A stretch of 64,000 nucleotides of DNA, taken from an uncultured Gammaproteobacteria bacterium (GTDB taxonomy: Bacteria > Patescibacteriota > Microgenomatia > JALYQM01). The translations under genes were made by a program, and so were the position numbers. Positions 26,752 to 36,654 of this stretch are shown here, in pieces. The first letter of the stretch is position 1, and the number at the start of each line of letters is the position of its first letter. The notes beneath the pieces are model-generated. The model worked only from the letters and a program-made list of their open reading frames with translations, ran no database searches and was not told where the DNA came from. The stretch is taken from the NCBI GenBank assembly GCA_964403585.1, contig CAYOFQ010000002.1, positions 5,667-69,666 of the forward strand. The letters are read 5' to 3'.

Positions 26752-28896
26752 TTACCTACCAAATTTAGCATTCTTTAGTGCTAACGGAACATATTGTTTA
26801 TACTCGTCATTCTGAGGTTGGCCACCGCTGCTTGGAGTAGTAACCATATCCATCAATTGCGCCAATATTCCCAAGGTATAATCAACAACCTCCGCTTGAT
26901 CATAGACTCCCTGATCACCTTTTAACGGCGCATTAGGATTACGTGCATTCGAAAAATCTGGTGCTCGAACCGAACCATTCTCAGGGTACGTCATCGCATC
27001 ACCTTGCCCATTCTTAATTCGACCTCGCCCCCATAGACGAAGCAACACTTCATCCATAACACTTTTATTAATTGCCTGATGATCTAATGCCAATAAATGC
27101 CCCAATTCGTGCATTAAGGAGTGAAAAGTTTCCATACAACTCCGAGTTACAACCAAAATACCGTATGGACGCATCGCATCTGCCGAGTCAAACCCCTTAG
27201 CCATAATATAACTATTTCCGCACGATGCGTTATCCTCAACCACAATAACAATAATATCTGCACCCAACTCTTTTCGTTTACGCTGCACATTTTCATCTTG
27301 TTGTACTTTATCGCGAATTTGCTGCAATGATTCCTTTGTTTCATCAAAACTAAGCGTACCTGGACGATCTACTGCGCCGAGTGAATGAACACGACCATTA
27401 ATTCCGTCACGGGCAAAGCCCTCGTTAATTTCAGCAGTAGCAATATTAAAACCACCCAAAAAACCCGGATGCGTTGCTGATACCTTAGCACTTGGAATAA
27501 CAGCCCACTGAATTATACGATCATTAGTTACACCAAACTCAGGATTAAAGGAAGTATCCACTCCCTGAGGAACAGATTGAACCTGCGGAGATCCGGAAGC
27601 TGGAGGAATATCTGCATCAATTTCAGGTTCCAGTTGTCGTGGTGGACGCTCTTCAACAGCAACAACATCTGTTTGGCCGGGGACACCTTCCAAAATGTAG
27701 GTAGTGCCATCTGCAGCCACAACTTTTCCTGCATTAATCGAACCGTCGGGATTAGTATCAATGTAGGCCGCCGTGCCTTCAACACCATTGACAGTACCCG
27801 TTAATATACCGGTACCTGTTAATGCAGCAGTTGAGGTTAAAGGTTCCGAGATTCGGGTACGCAACTCTTCCCCAAATGGATTTATTGCTACAGTACCATC
27901 CTTAAGAGCATTTTCATCGACTTGCACAATAGCTCTCCGTGTTGCTGCAGAACTAAGTGGAGGCAAAGCTCGACTCACAGTATTTAATACATCACCCGAA
28001 ACATCTTGGAACAGCGGCGGATATACATAATCCAACTGCTTATTAACCGCAAAAACTCCTGCAACTATAGACAGTACTAAGGTTGCAGAAATGATAGGTA
28101 TTGTCCACGATCGAATCTTCTCTCTAATTCTATTGGACTCATCAGATTCAAAAACAGCATGCTCAAATGCATAACGCAAATAGACACGCTCCTTAAAGTC
28201 CTCCTCTGATTCACCCGGCATGCGCTGTATGTACTCTGGCTCAGTTAAGTTCCCTCGTCCTTTTTTATTTTTTGACGCATTAGACCAAGACTCTTTAACT
28301 AAAGCAGCAACTATATCTCGAGAATCCTTTGGCTCAAGCAATCTCCCTTCTTTTACAGCTTTAATTTCATTCTTAGAATACTTAAGTCGAGTCTTTCCAT
28401 CTAATTTAATTCGCTCTTCATCCTGTTCAAGGAAATCTTCTTCAACAAAAGAAAACAGTTCTAATGCCATACGTTTTCTTATCTCTTGTAACATGAAACG
28501 CTCTTCATCTTTTAAAGTCTGGGTACTGTGTCCATCGACCAATTCGGACCGAACTTCGGGATCCAGTGCTACTGCTGGTCGAGAAACATTATCGATCCAA
28601 CCCGCCAGCGCGACATAAGATTCAACTACTTCCTTAAAGCTAGATAGCTTCTCCTCAGCGAATAAATCTATTTCAAATCTACCGAAGTTATTAAGTACAA
28701 AACCGGAGTCAGTTACCTGTACAAACATACCAACTCGATCTAATATTTGAGAAATACTTTCTTGATTATCTATGTGTGAATTCCGTTCAACATAGTTACG
28801 ACCTACCCGGTCCACATACTCAAGTGTACGCGTCCCAAGATGCTTCGCTGATTCGGCTATACGGTGAGGTACTCCTCCACTATTTTCGACAGACAT
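26752..28896 (-). CDS. membrane-anchored metzincin-like zinc metalloprotease with long N-terminal cytoplasmic domain
   Basis: C-terminal HELGHLLALDH matches the HExxHxxxxxH spacing, followed by a Met-turn-like SVMD; central TM WTIPIISATLVLSIVAGVFAV. Start chosen at MSVENSGG (28896), not the upstream extension. Confidence 0.6.
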   Translation of the reverse strand: MSVENSGGVPHRIAESAKHLGTRTLEYVDRVGRNYVERNSHIDNQESISQILDRVGMFVQVTDSGFVLNNFGRFEIDLFAEEKLSSFKEVVESYVALAGWIDNVSRPAVALDPEVRSELVDGHSTQTLKDEERFMLQEIRKRMALELFSFVEEDFLEQDEERIKLDGKTRLKYSKNEIKAVKEGRLLEPKDSRDIVAALVKESWSNASKNKKGRGNLTEPEYIQRMPGESEEDFKERVYLRYAFEHAVFESDESNRIREKIRSWTIPIISATLVLSIVAGVFAVNKQLDYVYPPLFQDVSGDVLNTVSRALPPLSSAATRRAIVQVDENALKDGTVAINPFGEELRTRISEPLTSTAALTGTGILTGTVNGVEGTAAYIDTNPDGSINAGKVVAADGTTYILEGVPGQTDVVAVEERPPRQLEPEIDADIPPASGSPQVQSVPQGVDTSFNPEFGVTNDRIIQWAVIPSAKVSATHPGFLGGFNIATAEINEGFARDGINGRVHSLGAVDRPGTLSFDETKESLQQIRDKVQQDENVQRKRKELGADIIVIVVEDNASCGNSYIMAKGFDSADAMRPYGILVVTRSCMETFHSLMHELGHLLALDHQAINKSVMDEVLLRLWGRGRIKNGQGDAMTYPENGSVRAPDFSNARNPNAPLKGDQGVYDQAEVVDYTLGILAQLMDMVTTPSSGGQPQNDEYKQYVPLALKNAKFGR

Positions 28897-29236
28897 AGGC
28901 CGGTGAATTATAACATTTACTATAAGATAAGTAAATGATCTACATATAACCTGACGAAAAAGAGATATTAATCGGACAAAGGGTTGACAATTCACTAAAT
29001 GTATAGTAGAGTTTATAGGTCATAATACCCTAACTCAAGGGCCGCTTCACTACTGCTGCTCCAGCCTTAACAAGGCGAATCAGCAATTTTGGTAATACCC
29101 GAATAAAATACGAAACTAATAAATCCGAAGTGAAGACAGGAAAACGCCTTTTGATAAGACCTATAGTGTTGACTATTATGACAAAATGTGGTATTATGAT
29201 GCTACCTTAAATGAGCTTAGGCTCAAAATGAGTTAA

Positions 29237-29285
29237 AAAGCGCTTTTAAGGTAAGTACATTTACAAGAGAGCAATAGCAAAAGTC
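29237..29285. promoter_or_regulatory. Conserved upstream element, copy 3 (…TTTACAAGAGAGCAATAGCAAAAGTC)
   Basis: About 390 nt upstream of 29677..30939; preceded by AGCTTAGGCTCAA half-sites. Confidence 0.4.
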
Positions 29286-29676
29286 TACAGTAGTCTGGAT
29301 GCCTACGGTACCGGTTTACCCGCCCCGTTAAGCAATATCCTCCCGCCTGTAGCATTCCGATACTAAACAATTCCCTTCACTACCTACGAACAGTGGAATT
29401 CTGCGAATAAGTAATCTTGTTCCCGGGATTCCACTGCTCAGTAGGAAAAATAGTGAAAGGAGGATGTTCCTACAACGACCACGTACGTCGTGAGCAGTTT
29501 ACATAGCAGGCTGGTCAAGTCCTATCGACATGGGAATGTCCAATCCGACAAGGTAGAGTGTGGCAAGTATCCACATCTATCAGCGTTGGTGCGGAATATA
29601 CCATGAAAGCAGGAGGAGATCTTCTGTCCGCCCGTCGTATCTCATATCGGCCGATAGAACTGAAGGATGTGCAACC

Positions 29677-30939
29677 ATGCGTAACAAACGCAACAACCGT
29701 AACCCTTTGCGGAACCCGTGGTTCCGCCGGACGAGCATCGCGATTCTCGTCGCGTTGGCGCTCGCCAACACCTTTCAGTGGGTGACTCTGGCGTCAGCTG
29801 CCGGGCACTTTAACTTTGAGGTGATCCGCAGGGATGAGAAGGGCTGGGAAGTTCGCGTCACCAACCCCGGGTGCCCCGAGGGTTGGAACTACAAGACGAA
29901 GAACTTGAGCGGCTCGTGGGAAGACGGGGATAACGGGGAAACAGCGCGCGCCTGGTGCGAGCGTGAAGTTCCCGATCCCAAGGATCCGACCAAGACCATC
30001 AAGGAGAAGTGCTGGGAGAGTTCGAAGTGGGTGGATAACCCCAACACGAAATCGCCCACGCGCGACCCCAACGTGCCCACCCGGACGCCGCGCCCCACGG
30101 TCGACTGCCCGCTCTGCACCGAAACGCCGACGGAGGAGGAGAAGACCGCCACGCCGACCGAGGAGGAGAAGACCGCCACGCCGACCGAGGTGGAAAAAAC
30201 CACCACGGCCACACCTCCCGGCGGCGGCGACACGGCTACCCCCCAGCGTACGGCGACCAGCACTTCCACAAGCACAAGCAACACGGCCACGCCGACCCGC
30301 CGCCCGCCCGGTGGTGGTGACAACCCGACCGCAACGACCATCGTGACGACCTACCTAGACGCCCGCGTCCTCGCGGCTTGCCGCGCGGATACCGGCCTGG
30401 GGGCTGACGTCGACCTCTATGTGTCGCCCAACCTGGCGAAAGCCTATAACCTCGGCGACAGCGTCAGCATCTACGCCCAGTACAGCGGCGGCACCGAGAT
30501 CGTGGTCGTGACGAAAGTTGGCTCAACGGACGACGGCTCGATCCACTACCGCGGTACGCTGCAGAGCGCGCGCAACGAGGTTCACTTCCTCAGCGTGGAG
30601 TTCGACAAGGTGTACAGCGTCAATGTCATCCCGTTCTGCATCACCGCCAGCACCGCCACCGTCGGCACCAGCGCCACCAAGACCCGCACGCCGGTCATTC
30701 CCCGCCAGGAAGGCTCAATCACACCCAACGCCGGCTTCGCAGCCGACGTTGACATGGCAGCGCTCCTGGCCGAAAACCCCACGATCGGGATGGTCGCCGT
30801 GAACGTGTTCGATCCCGAACACGCCTACGACCTGGCCTACCTGGCCGGAGCATTGATCAGCGCGCTGCTGGCAATCCTCCTCACCTGGTACGACCGCCAG
30901 CTCGCCGCCGCCAAGCCCCGCCGCCGCGTGACCGCCTAG
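29677..30939 (+). CDS. secreted Pro/Thr-rich repeat protein with C-terminal membrane anchor (GC-rich gene)
   Basis: Start at MRNKRNNRNPL…, signal peptide AILVALALANTF…ASA; TPTEEEKTA repeats; C-terminal TM LAGALISALLAILLTWY plus a basic tail. The 5' part of the longer tracked ORF (from 29560) is rejected. Confidence 0.6.
   Translation: MRNKRNNRNPLRNPWFRRTSIAILVALALANTFQWVTLASAAGHFNFEVIRRDEKGWEVRVTNPGCPEGWNYKTKNLSGSWEDGDNGETARAWCEREVPDPKDPTKTIKEKCWESSKWVDNPNTKSPTRDPNVPTRTPRPTVDCPLCTETPTEEEKTATPTEEEKTATPTEVEKTTTATPPGGGDTATPQRTATSTSTSTSNTATPTRRPPGGGDNPTATTIVTTYLDARVLAACRADTGLGADVDLYVSPNLAKAYNLGDSVSIYAQYSGGTEIVVVTKVGSTDDGSIHYRGTLQSARNEVHFLSVEFDKVYSVNVIPFCITASTATVGTSATKTRTPVIPRQEGSITPNAGFAADVDMAALLAENPTIGMVAVNVFDPEHAYDLAYLAGALISALLAILLTWYDRQLAAAKPRRRVTA
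30124..30200 (+). repeat. In-frame 30-nt tandem repeat (about 2.5 copies) encoding TPTEEEKTA units
   Basis: ACGCCGACCGAGGAGGAGAAGACCGCC is repeated directly. Confidence 0.6.
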
Positions 30940-31243
30940 TATCGGAAACCACTCACATCGGACGTCGTAAGATTTCCATAGCCGCAAGGTGATGTGAGTG
31001 TTATCCTGGCTTCCAGCCGAGTAAAACTGATGCCGTCTTCGAGACGTCATAAAGATACTCGGCTGGGACCAGGCGCTAGAAGCAATAGTAGAGAGGAATT
31101 CCTCAAGTCGATTGGGGTAATCCCAAACTTCTTGACCTTCTCGCACCGCTATTGCTCTCTGTTTCCGCTTGATTTTAAGTTCAAGAATTTGAAGTCAGAC
31201 AGAAACAAATTAAAAGTAAATGTGTTAAAATAAAGTTACTATA

Positions 31244-33103
31244 ATGAATATAGAAACAATGGATATAAATCACCATAACGACATCTATTTCAATAATAAC
31301 CTCAATATCCCCGGCGAATCACTGCAAGGCCGTGGAGTTATCGTGCCTGACCGAAAAGCCGACCCACTACCTAAGGATGAAAAAACACGCGCCATCGAAG
31401 AAGAAAGCCGTACCCGTATTGACAGCATCTTAGACAGAGCTGACGATTTAACTGCAGCCAAGGACTATTACCAATTCGGTAAACGCAAAGGCCAGGTTCG
31501 TTCAGCTCGCTTGAATATGCAAGGAAGACAAGCAATCTCAGGTAAAGATGGGTATACCGAAAAACTAAAAGGCACCTCAATTGATGCAATCTTTCAAGAT
31601 TACAGATACTTGAACGAACGTTTAACTGGCGAACTTAATGACGAAAATTCAGAAATTGAGATCGAATACACTGTTGAAGAAAGAGCCATCATGCGCTCAA
31701 TGCGTGAAGCTGCTTATCTCCAATTGCAGTATCGGGTGCAGGACATCTTGAAAAAGCAATCACCTGAAATGCATGACGCGTGGCTGCAAAATATGTACAG
31801 CCTCTCACACGACGCCCAGGGCAACAAAGTTGATCACATTTCAATGAGAGAAATTTATCTCGATGAAGCACGAGCATTTATTAAAGCGGGAATCGACGTT
31901 AATACCGTTAAACCAATCGAGATCGCACCACGAGAAGAAAAAACTAAATGGCAAAAAGCAGCAAATTTCTTAATGCAAAAAGCTAATGGTTTTATGCGTA
32001 TAGCAGGATTGTTATCACCGGCAACAGCTATTATCCCTCCTGCAGAATACACTCCCCCAATAACCAGTTCAATAGTTGTTGATCGACCAACTCCACCAAG
32101 TCCAATCACCAAGGATAATCCAACTCGCGGTTTGAATTACTTCAATGCCCAACCACAAGCCACCGAAGCTCCTGCAGCACCGGAAAATTTCACGACCAGC
32201 AGTATTGGTAAAAATAGAGCCGAACCGTCTCCAACACCTGAGGTCGTACCAACAACCCTTGCCACCCCCGAGCCGGTTATTACAAGAACCGAACCGACAG
32301 CCAAAACAGAAACACTACCTCCTCAGGAACCATTCACTATTGGCAGAGGCACAGATAAATTAAGATTAATGGAGGTTGGAAATGAGCAAACCGCACCACA
32401 AATACGCTGCGAAATTCCTGCACTTGACGTCCGTTTCGGATTTAAGCCACGACTCTGGGATCCAGAAGAAATACCAAACCCGCTGAATCAGGAGTATAAC
32501 GCCGTAGCTCAACTATCAGTCAATGGAGATATGCTAACAGATTTCCATGACCAATTCTATCCGATGAAGGCCGATCCGGCAGATACAAAACATAATCCTC
32601 CGTGGCCGAAAGACGTAGCTACGTTCCAGAAATTTCAACAGGAACATGACGAAAAAGATATAATCTGGTGGGAAGCCGAACAAACCTGGTTAATAGCCAA
32701 TAACGGTGAATGGCTACGAAGAGTATTCGACGGAGAAACATCCAAGAAACCGTTAAAAACGGTACAAGAAATTGAAGATACCATTGCACAAACCAACGGC
32801 ACACGCTTCACATGCGAACAAACCATAGACGGCAAGAAAGTAGTAAGAACAGGTACCATAAAAACATTCCACTTGGATGAAGATGCCACAACCGATTATT
32901 ATGCCGATAAGTCGCGCCTTCTTGAACTAATTAAAGCTAAATATGGGAATGGCGCAGTACCTGAAAGCAGCTGGAATAATTTATATGCCACCTATTGTGG
33001 CTTACGACCTAAAGACGCACCTGAAGCCACTAAGGCTAATGAAAGATTACCTTGGTCAGCCTGGATGTACGCAACCGTCTTTATGTTTGACGATCAAGCA
33101 TAA
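31244..33103 (+). CDS. hypothetical protein (619 aa, no signal peptide, central Pro/Thr-rich linker)
   Basis: Long ORF with consistent low-GC codon usage; no recognised motif. Confidence 0.5.
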   Translation: MNIETMDINHHNDIYFNNNLNIPGESLQGRGVIVPDRKADPLPKDEKTRAIEEESRTRIDSILDRADDLTAAKDYYQFGKRKGQVRSARLNMQGRQAISGKDGYTEKLKGTSIDAIFQDYRYLNERLTGELNDENSEIEIEYTVEERAIMRSMREAAYLQLQYRVQDILKKQSPEMHDAWLQNMYSLSHDAQGNKVDHISMREIYLDEARAFIKAGIDVNTVKPIEIAPREEKTKWQKAANFLMQKANGFMRIAGLLSPATAIIPPAEYTPPITSSIVVDRPTPPSPITKDNPTRGLNYFNAQPQATEAPAAPENFTTSSIGKNRAEPSPTPEVVPTTLATPEPVITRTEPTAKTETLPPQEPFTIGRGTDKLRLMEVGNEQTAPQIRCEIPALDVRFGFKPRLWDPEEIPNPLNQEYNAVAQLSVNGDMLTDFHDQFYPMKADPADTKHNPPWPKDVATFQKFQQEHDEKDIIWWEAEQTWLIANNGEWLRRVFDGETSKKPLKTVQEIEDTIAQTNGTRFTCEQTIDGKKVVRTGTIKTFHLDEDATTDYYADKSRLLELIKAKYGNGAVPESSWNNLYATYCGLRPKDAPEATKANERLPWSAWMYATVFMFDDQA

Positions 33104-33121
33104 TTCCTTATTCTATTTGAG

Positions 33122-33208
33122 CGGAGAGGGAGGGATTCGAACCCTCGATACCCTTGCGAGTATATTGTCTTTCCAGGACAACGCACTAGTCCACTATGCG
33201 ACCTCTCC
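33122..33208 (-). tRNA. tRNA-Ser(GGA)
   Basis: Class II tRNA: GGAGAGG acceptor, anticodon stem-loop UUGUC-CUGGAAA-GACAA, long variable arm, T-loop GGUUCGAAUCC; CCA not encoded. Confidence 0.8.
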
Positions 33209-33342
33209 TTAAAATAACTGGGTTGTATCAATAACTATCTGCTTTGATACAAGCCAGGTATTTTAACTGTGGGGTCGTCCTGTAAGGGCGACCTCTCCAA
33301 ACATGCTCCTTATTCTAACACAGATTCAACTGAAAATCTCAC

Positions 33343-33825
33343 CTAGTACAACTTTCGCTCATAAGTAATAACCGGCGTTGTGGAAATAAAAACTTCCGGT
33401 ACACCCTCTTGCCCTAAATTCTCCCCCACCCGCCGTACTCCGTCTATCGTGTGGTCTACAATCCGTCGAGCGACATATTTACTTGTCTGCCACGGATGAG
33501 CATCAAAACAACATGCTAACTCGTAAGCTCTATGTACCAATCGCCCGGTCTTACTCTCGGCGTTTTTACCATAGAAAGCAGTCATACCCCAGGTAAACGC
33601 TGCGCCACCAACATTAATTGCCATTGCCCCTATAGTCGCTGTCCTGGCATCAACCAGATTAAGTGCTGCAGCACCCGCCCAAACCGCATTTTGACCATAT
33701 CCGACTAAACGGACAGGGACATGTGCTGCAAAAAGTATTTTACGCTCATGGCGTTGAAGAAATCCTGCAACCCGTTCTTTTACAGGAGTAAGGAGGTCTA
33801 AATTGTCACGATACTGCTCTAACAT
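33343..33825 (-). CDS. hypothetical protein
   Basis: 160-aa ORF with Gly/Ala-rich hydrophobic stretches; no recognised motif. Confidence 0.45.
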   Translation of the reverse strand: MLEQYRDNLDLLTPVKERVAGFLQRHERKILFAAHVPVRLVGYGQNAVWAGAAALNLVDARTATIGAMAINVGGAAFTWGMTAFYGKNAESKTGRLVHRAYELACCFDAHPWQTSKYVARRIVDHTIDGVRRVGENLGQEGVPEVFISTTPVITYERKLY

Positions 33826-33925
33826 AAGGGTAAATTATACCATCCCGGAAAACAAATACGAAGTTCGACAATCCTGACAAAATTGTCATGGACTCCGTTC
33901 CGCATACACATAACAATAGCAGCAT

Positions 33926-36397
33926 ATGCACCAACTCTTCAAACCCCGCATTATAATCTATTGTGTTCTTTTTGCTTCAATGTTGACCATGCCAACACTG
34001 ATTCACCAACCACCGACCGCTGATGCCCACGTCATCAAGTACCCGATTATCCTAATCCCCGGCTTTGCCGGGACTACCCTGAGTACCTCCGACCTGGGTA
34101 CGGTATACGAAGGTGACGACGGGCACGGCGGTATATTTGAACACCACTACCTCGCCAATGAGCAAGTTTGGATTAATACATCCGAAGCAGCCAACCCGGG
34201 TGAAGACGATTATTTTGACGCGCTAAAGATGAAGCCTGACGGCCAAACGCCAGAATCTAATCTATATCCCCGGTTTCCCGTACCAGAAGTCTACCAACCC
34301 ACACTCGAATACTTCCGAACCAAAGGCTATCGTGACGGGAGAGACCTTTTTACTTTTGCCTACGATTGGCGCAGAGATATACGTATAAACAATGACCAGC
34401 TCGACGACCTCATCACCTATGCCAAACAAAGAACCGGACTACCGAAAGTTAATATAATAGCTCATTCCATGGGAGGACTGTTAATTAGACACTATATTAC
34501 CGACGCAACCAAAGCACAAAACATCTTCCGCGCAGTGACACTTGGCACACCGTATCTTGGTTCTCCCGAATTTCTCAAGTGGATGGGCTATGGAGGGTGC
34601 CTGACCAATCTCAACACAGGAGCTCCGTGTATTGGCATACCCGCTTCGGAAACCAAAGATATCGTCCAAAATTTCATTTCCGGCTACCAACTACTTCCTT
34701 CTCAAAAATATTATGATTTTTACGACGGGCACGACGCACAACATCCACGACCGTTTAAAGACACACGAGATATAGATACAAATGGAATCACTGGCGAACT
34801 AAGCTATCTCCAAGTAAAGGAATTATTAACAAACACTGGATATAATACCGCTCTTTTTACACCTGCCGAAGAACTGCATCAGCAAATAGATACAACTCTC
34901 CCAGTAATACTTGGTGGACAATTAACACTCATCGTAGGATCAGGTCAGGCAACTATTGGGCAAATTGAAGAACGTAATGTAGTGAACGTAGGGAATATTG
35001 CAATCAATAAACGCGACATTCACATGATCAACGGCGACGGCTCGGTACCACTTTTTAGCGCATCATTAGACGACAGCACCAACGGTCACCTGCTAACCGG
35101 GAATGCCCAAGTATTTTACACTAAACAAAACCACAATCAACTCCCTCAGGACAGTAATACCTTGGGATTGATTAATCATATATTTACGGGCAATCCCGGA
35201 GACACATACACCAATCCCGCTATTACGACACAACCGTTCCCACTCAATGGATGGTTAGTCTCAGTACATTCTCCGGTAACGCTGGACTTATATGATGAAA
35301 ATGGACTACTCACCGGAACCTCAAGCACAAACATAGAAACTGCTATTCCAAACACGTATTACGACACGGTAGACGACACTAAATATATTTGGGTAGATAA
35401 CATTTCCAACTACTACCTAAAATTCAAAGCCACAAGCGCAGGATCATTTGACCTAAAAATTCGTGAATACAACAACAATCAAATAGTCCAAGCCATCTTA
35501 TATAAAGATATTCCACTAACACAAAACACCATTGTTCAAAGTAGACTTAATACAGATAATTTCATGATACCCATACTGCAGATAGATGCCGACGGCGACG
35601 GAACATGGGAGAGTCTCGTTGATCCGACCGAAACCACTCATGAACACATTGACAACCTCCCACCCACCACTCAGATCACCGTTTCCGGCGAGCAAGGGAA
35701 TCAAGGTTGGTATAAAGACACTGCAACCATCCAATTAGCCGCTGAAGACAACCAAGGAGGCTCAGGAGGGGTAAAAATACACTACTCGGTGAATCAGGAA
35801 CCGATGAAGCAGTACAGCACTCCTTTTCAAATTTCCTCAGAGGGAGTCTCTACTTTAACCTACTATTCCGAAGATCAGGTCGGCAATACAGAAACGCTGA
35901 AAGAGCAACAAATAAAAATCGATCGTACCGCACCTGAAGTACAGGTGATGTTTATCAGCAATCAACTGGTCACGGAAATTGTAGGTAAAGACAATCTAAC
36001 CCCTGTGTCTACAGTGAAAAATACTGACCAAGTAGTAGTAACCGACGAGGCAGGTAATACCACCTCCATAAAACATCAAGCTAAAATAAACAAAGATCAA
36101 ACTAAAATCGAATTAACCACCATCTCATATAATGGCCAAGTATTCTCCCTGACTCCTAATCGATACGAATCCACGTATGAGACACAAAGCGGTACCGATC
36201 CCCTCAAGGAACTAGAACAAAAAATCAGTATTAAAGGTGAAGAAAAACTAACCGCACACTACTCTCAAAAGAAATACAAGACAGTTATTAAAGATAAAAA
36301 CCGCCAAGACAAAAAACAAAGCTATGAGGTGGAAGGCCTACAAACTATTATTCTCGGCACCAATAAAGGAGTAGTTTATACTAGTCTAAACATATGA
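33926..36397 (+). CDS. secreted alpha/beta-hydrolase (lipase/LCAT-PGAP1-like, GxSxG = AHSMGG) with C-terminal Ig-like repeats
   Basis: Signal peptide; PIILIPGFAGTTL oxyanion region; nucleophile elbow IIAHSMGGLLIRHYI; C-terminal beta-rich repeats resembling bacterial Ig-like domains. Confidence 0.7.
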   Translation: MHQLFKPRIIIYCVLFASMLTMPTLIHQPPTADAHVIKYPIILIPGFAGTTLSTSDLGTVYEGDDGHGGIFEHHYLANEQVWINTSEAANPGEDDYFDALKMKPDGQTPESNLYPRFPVPEVYQPTLEYFRTKGYRDGRDLFTFAYDWRRDIRINNDQLDDLITYAKQRTGLPKVNIIAHSMGGLLIRHYITDATKAQNIFRAVTLGTPYLGSPEFLKWMGYGGCLTNLNTGAPCIGIPASETKDIVQNFISGYQLLPSQKYYDFYDGHDAQHPRPFKDTRDIDTNGITGELSYLQVKELLTNTGYNTALFTPAEELHQQIDTTLPVILGGQLTLIVGSGQATIGQIEERNVVNVGNIAINKRDIHMINGDGSVPLFSASLDDSTNGHLLTGNAQVFYTKQNHNQLPQDSNTLGLINHIFTGNPGDTYTNPAITTQPFPLNGWLVSVHSPVTLDLYDENGLLTGTSSTNIETAIPNTYYDTVDDTKYIWVDNISNYYLKFKATSAGSFDLKIREYNNNQIVQAILYKDIPLTQNTIVQSRLNTDNFMIPILQIDADGDGTWESLVDPTETTHEHIDNLPPTTQITVSGEQGNQGWYKDTATIQLAAEDNQGGSGGVKIHYSVNQEPMKQYSTPFQISSEGVSTLTYYSEDQVGNTETLKEQQIKIDRTAPEVQVMFISNQLVTEIVGKDNLTPVSTVKNTDQVVVTDEAGNTTSIKHQAKINKDQTKIELTTISYNGQVFSLTPNRYESTYETQSGTDPLKELEQKISIKGEEKLTAHYSQKKYKTVIKDKNRQDKKQSYEVEGLQTIILGTNKGVVYTSLNI

Positions 36398-36651
36398 AAG
36401 TTACCAAGCATCTTCCAATTGTATTCGCAAGTATTGTAATCTGGCTCTTTTCACTTGTAACTCAAGCATACATAGATATGGCGGTATTTAAACACGCACC
36501 GGTCTTCCCTGCTCCCACATGTTCAGGAACCGGCTACCCTATTGCCTTGTGCAGCAGCAACGGCACCATAACCATTATCGTATGCCTTTTAAATATTACT
36601 CTTATTTTTGGAATACTTTCCCTTATTCGGTGGATCTATAATACGAAATAA
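36394..36651 (+). CDS. small membrane protein (two TM), hypothetical
   Basis: 85 aa; start overlaps the upstream stop (ATGA). Confidence 0.35.
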   Translation: MKVTKHLPIVFASIVIWLFSLVTQAYIDMAVFKHAPVFPAPTCSGTGYPIALCSSNGTITIIVCLLNITLIFGILSLIRWIYNTK

Positions 36652-36654
36652 CAG

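Noticed and set aside
30124-30200. Possible CRISPR-like spacing of 30-nt repeats
   Set aside because: The repeats are directly adjacent with no spacers and lie in-frame inside a coding sequence (TPTEEEKTA units), so this is not a CRISPR array. No CRISPR array was found anywhere in the window.
29560-30346. N-terminal extension of the 29560 ORF, the Arg-rich plus-frame ORF 29963..30346 and the minus ORF 29889..30341
   Set aside because: These are alternative frames of a GC-rich repeat region, and only the frame starting at 29677 has a signal peptide and sensible composition.
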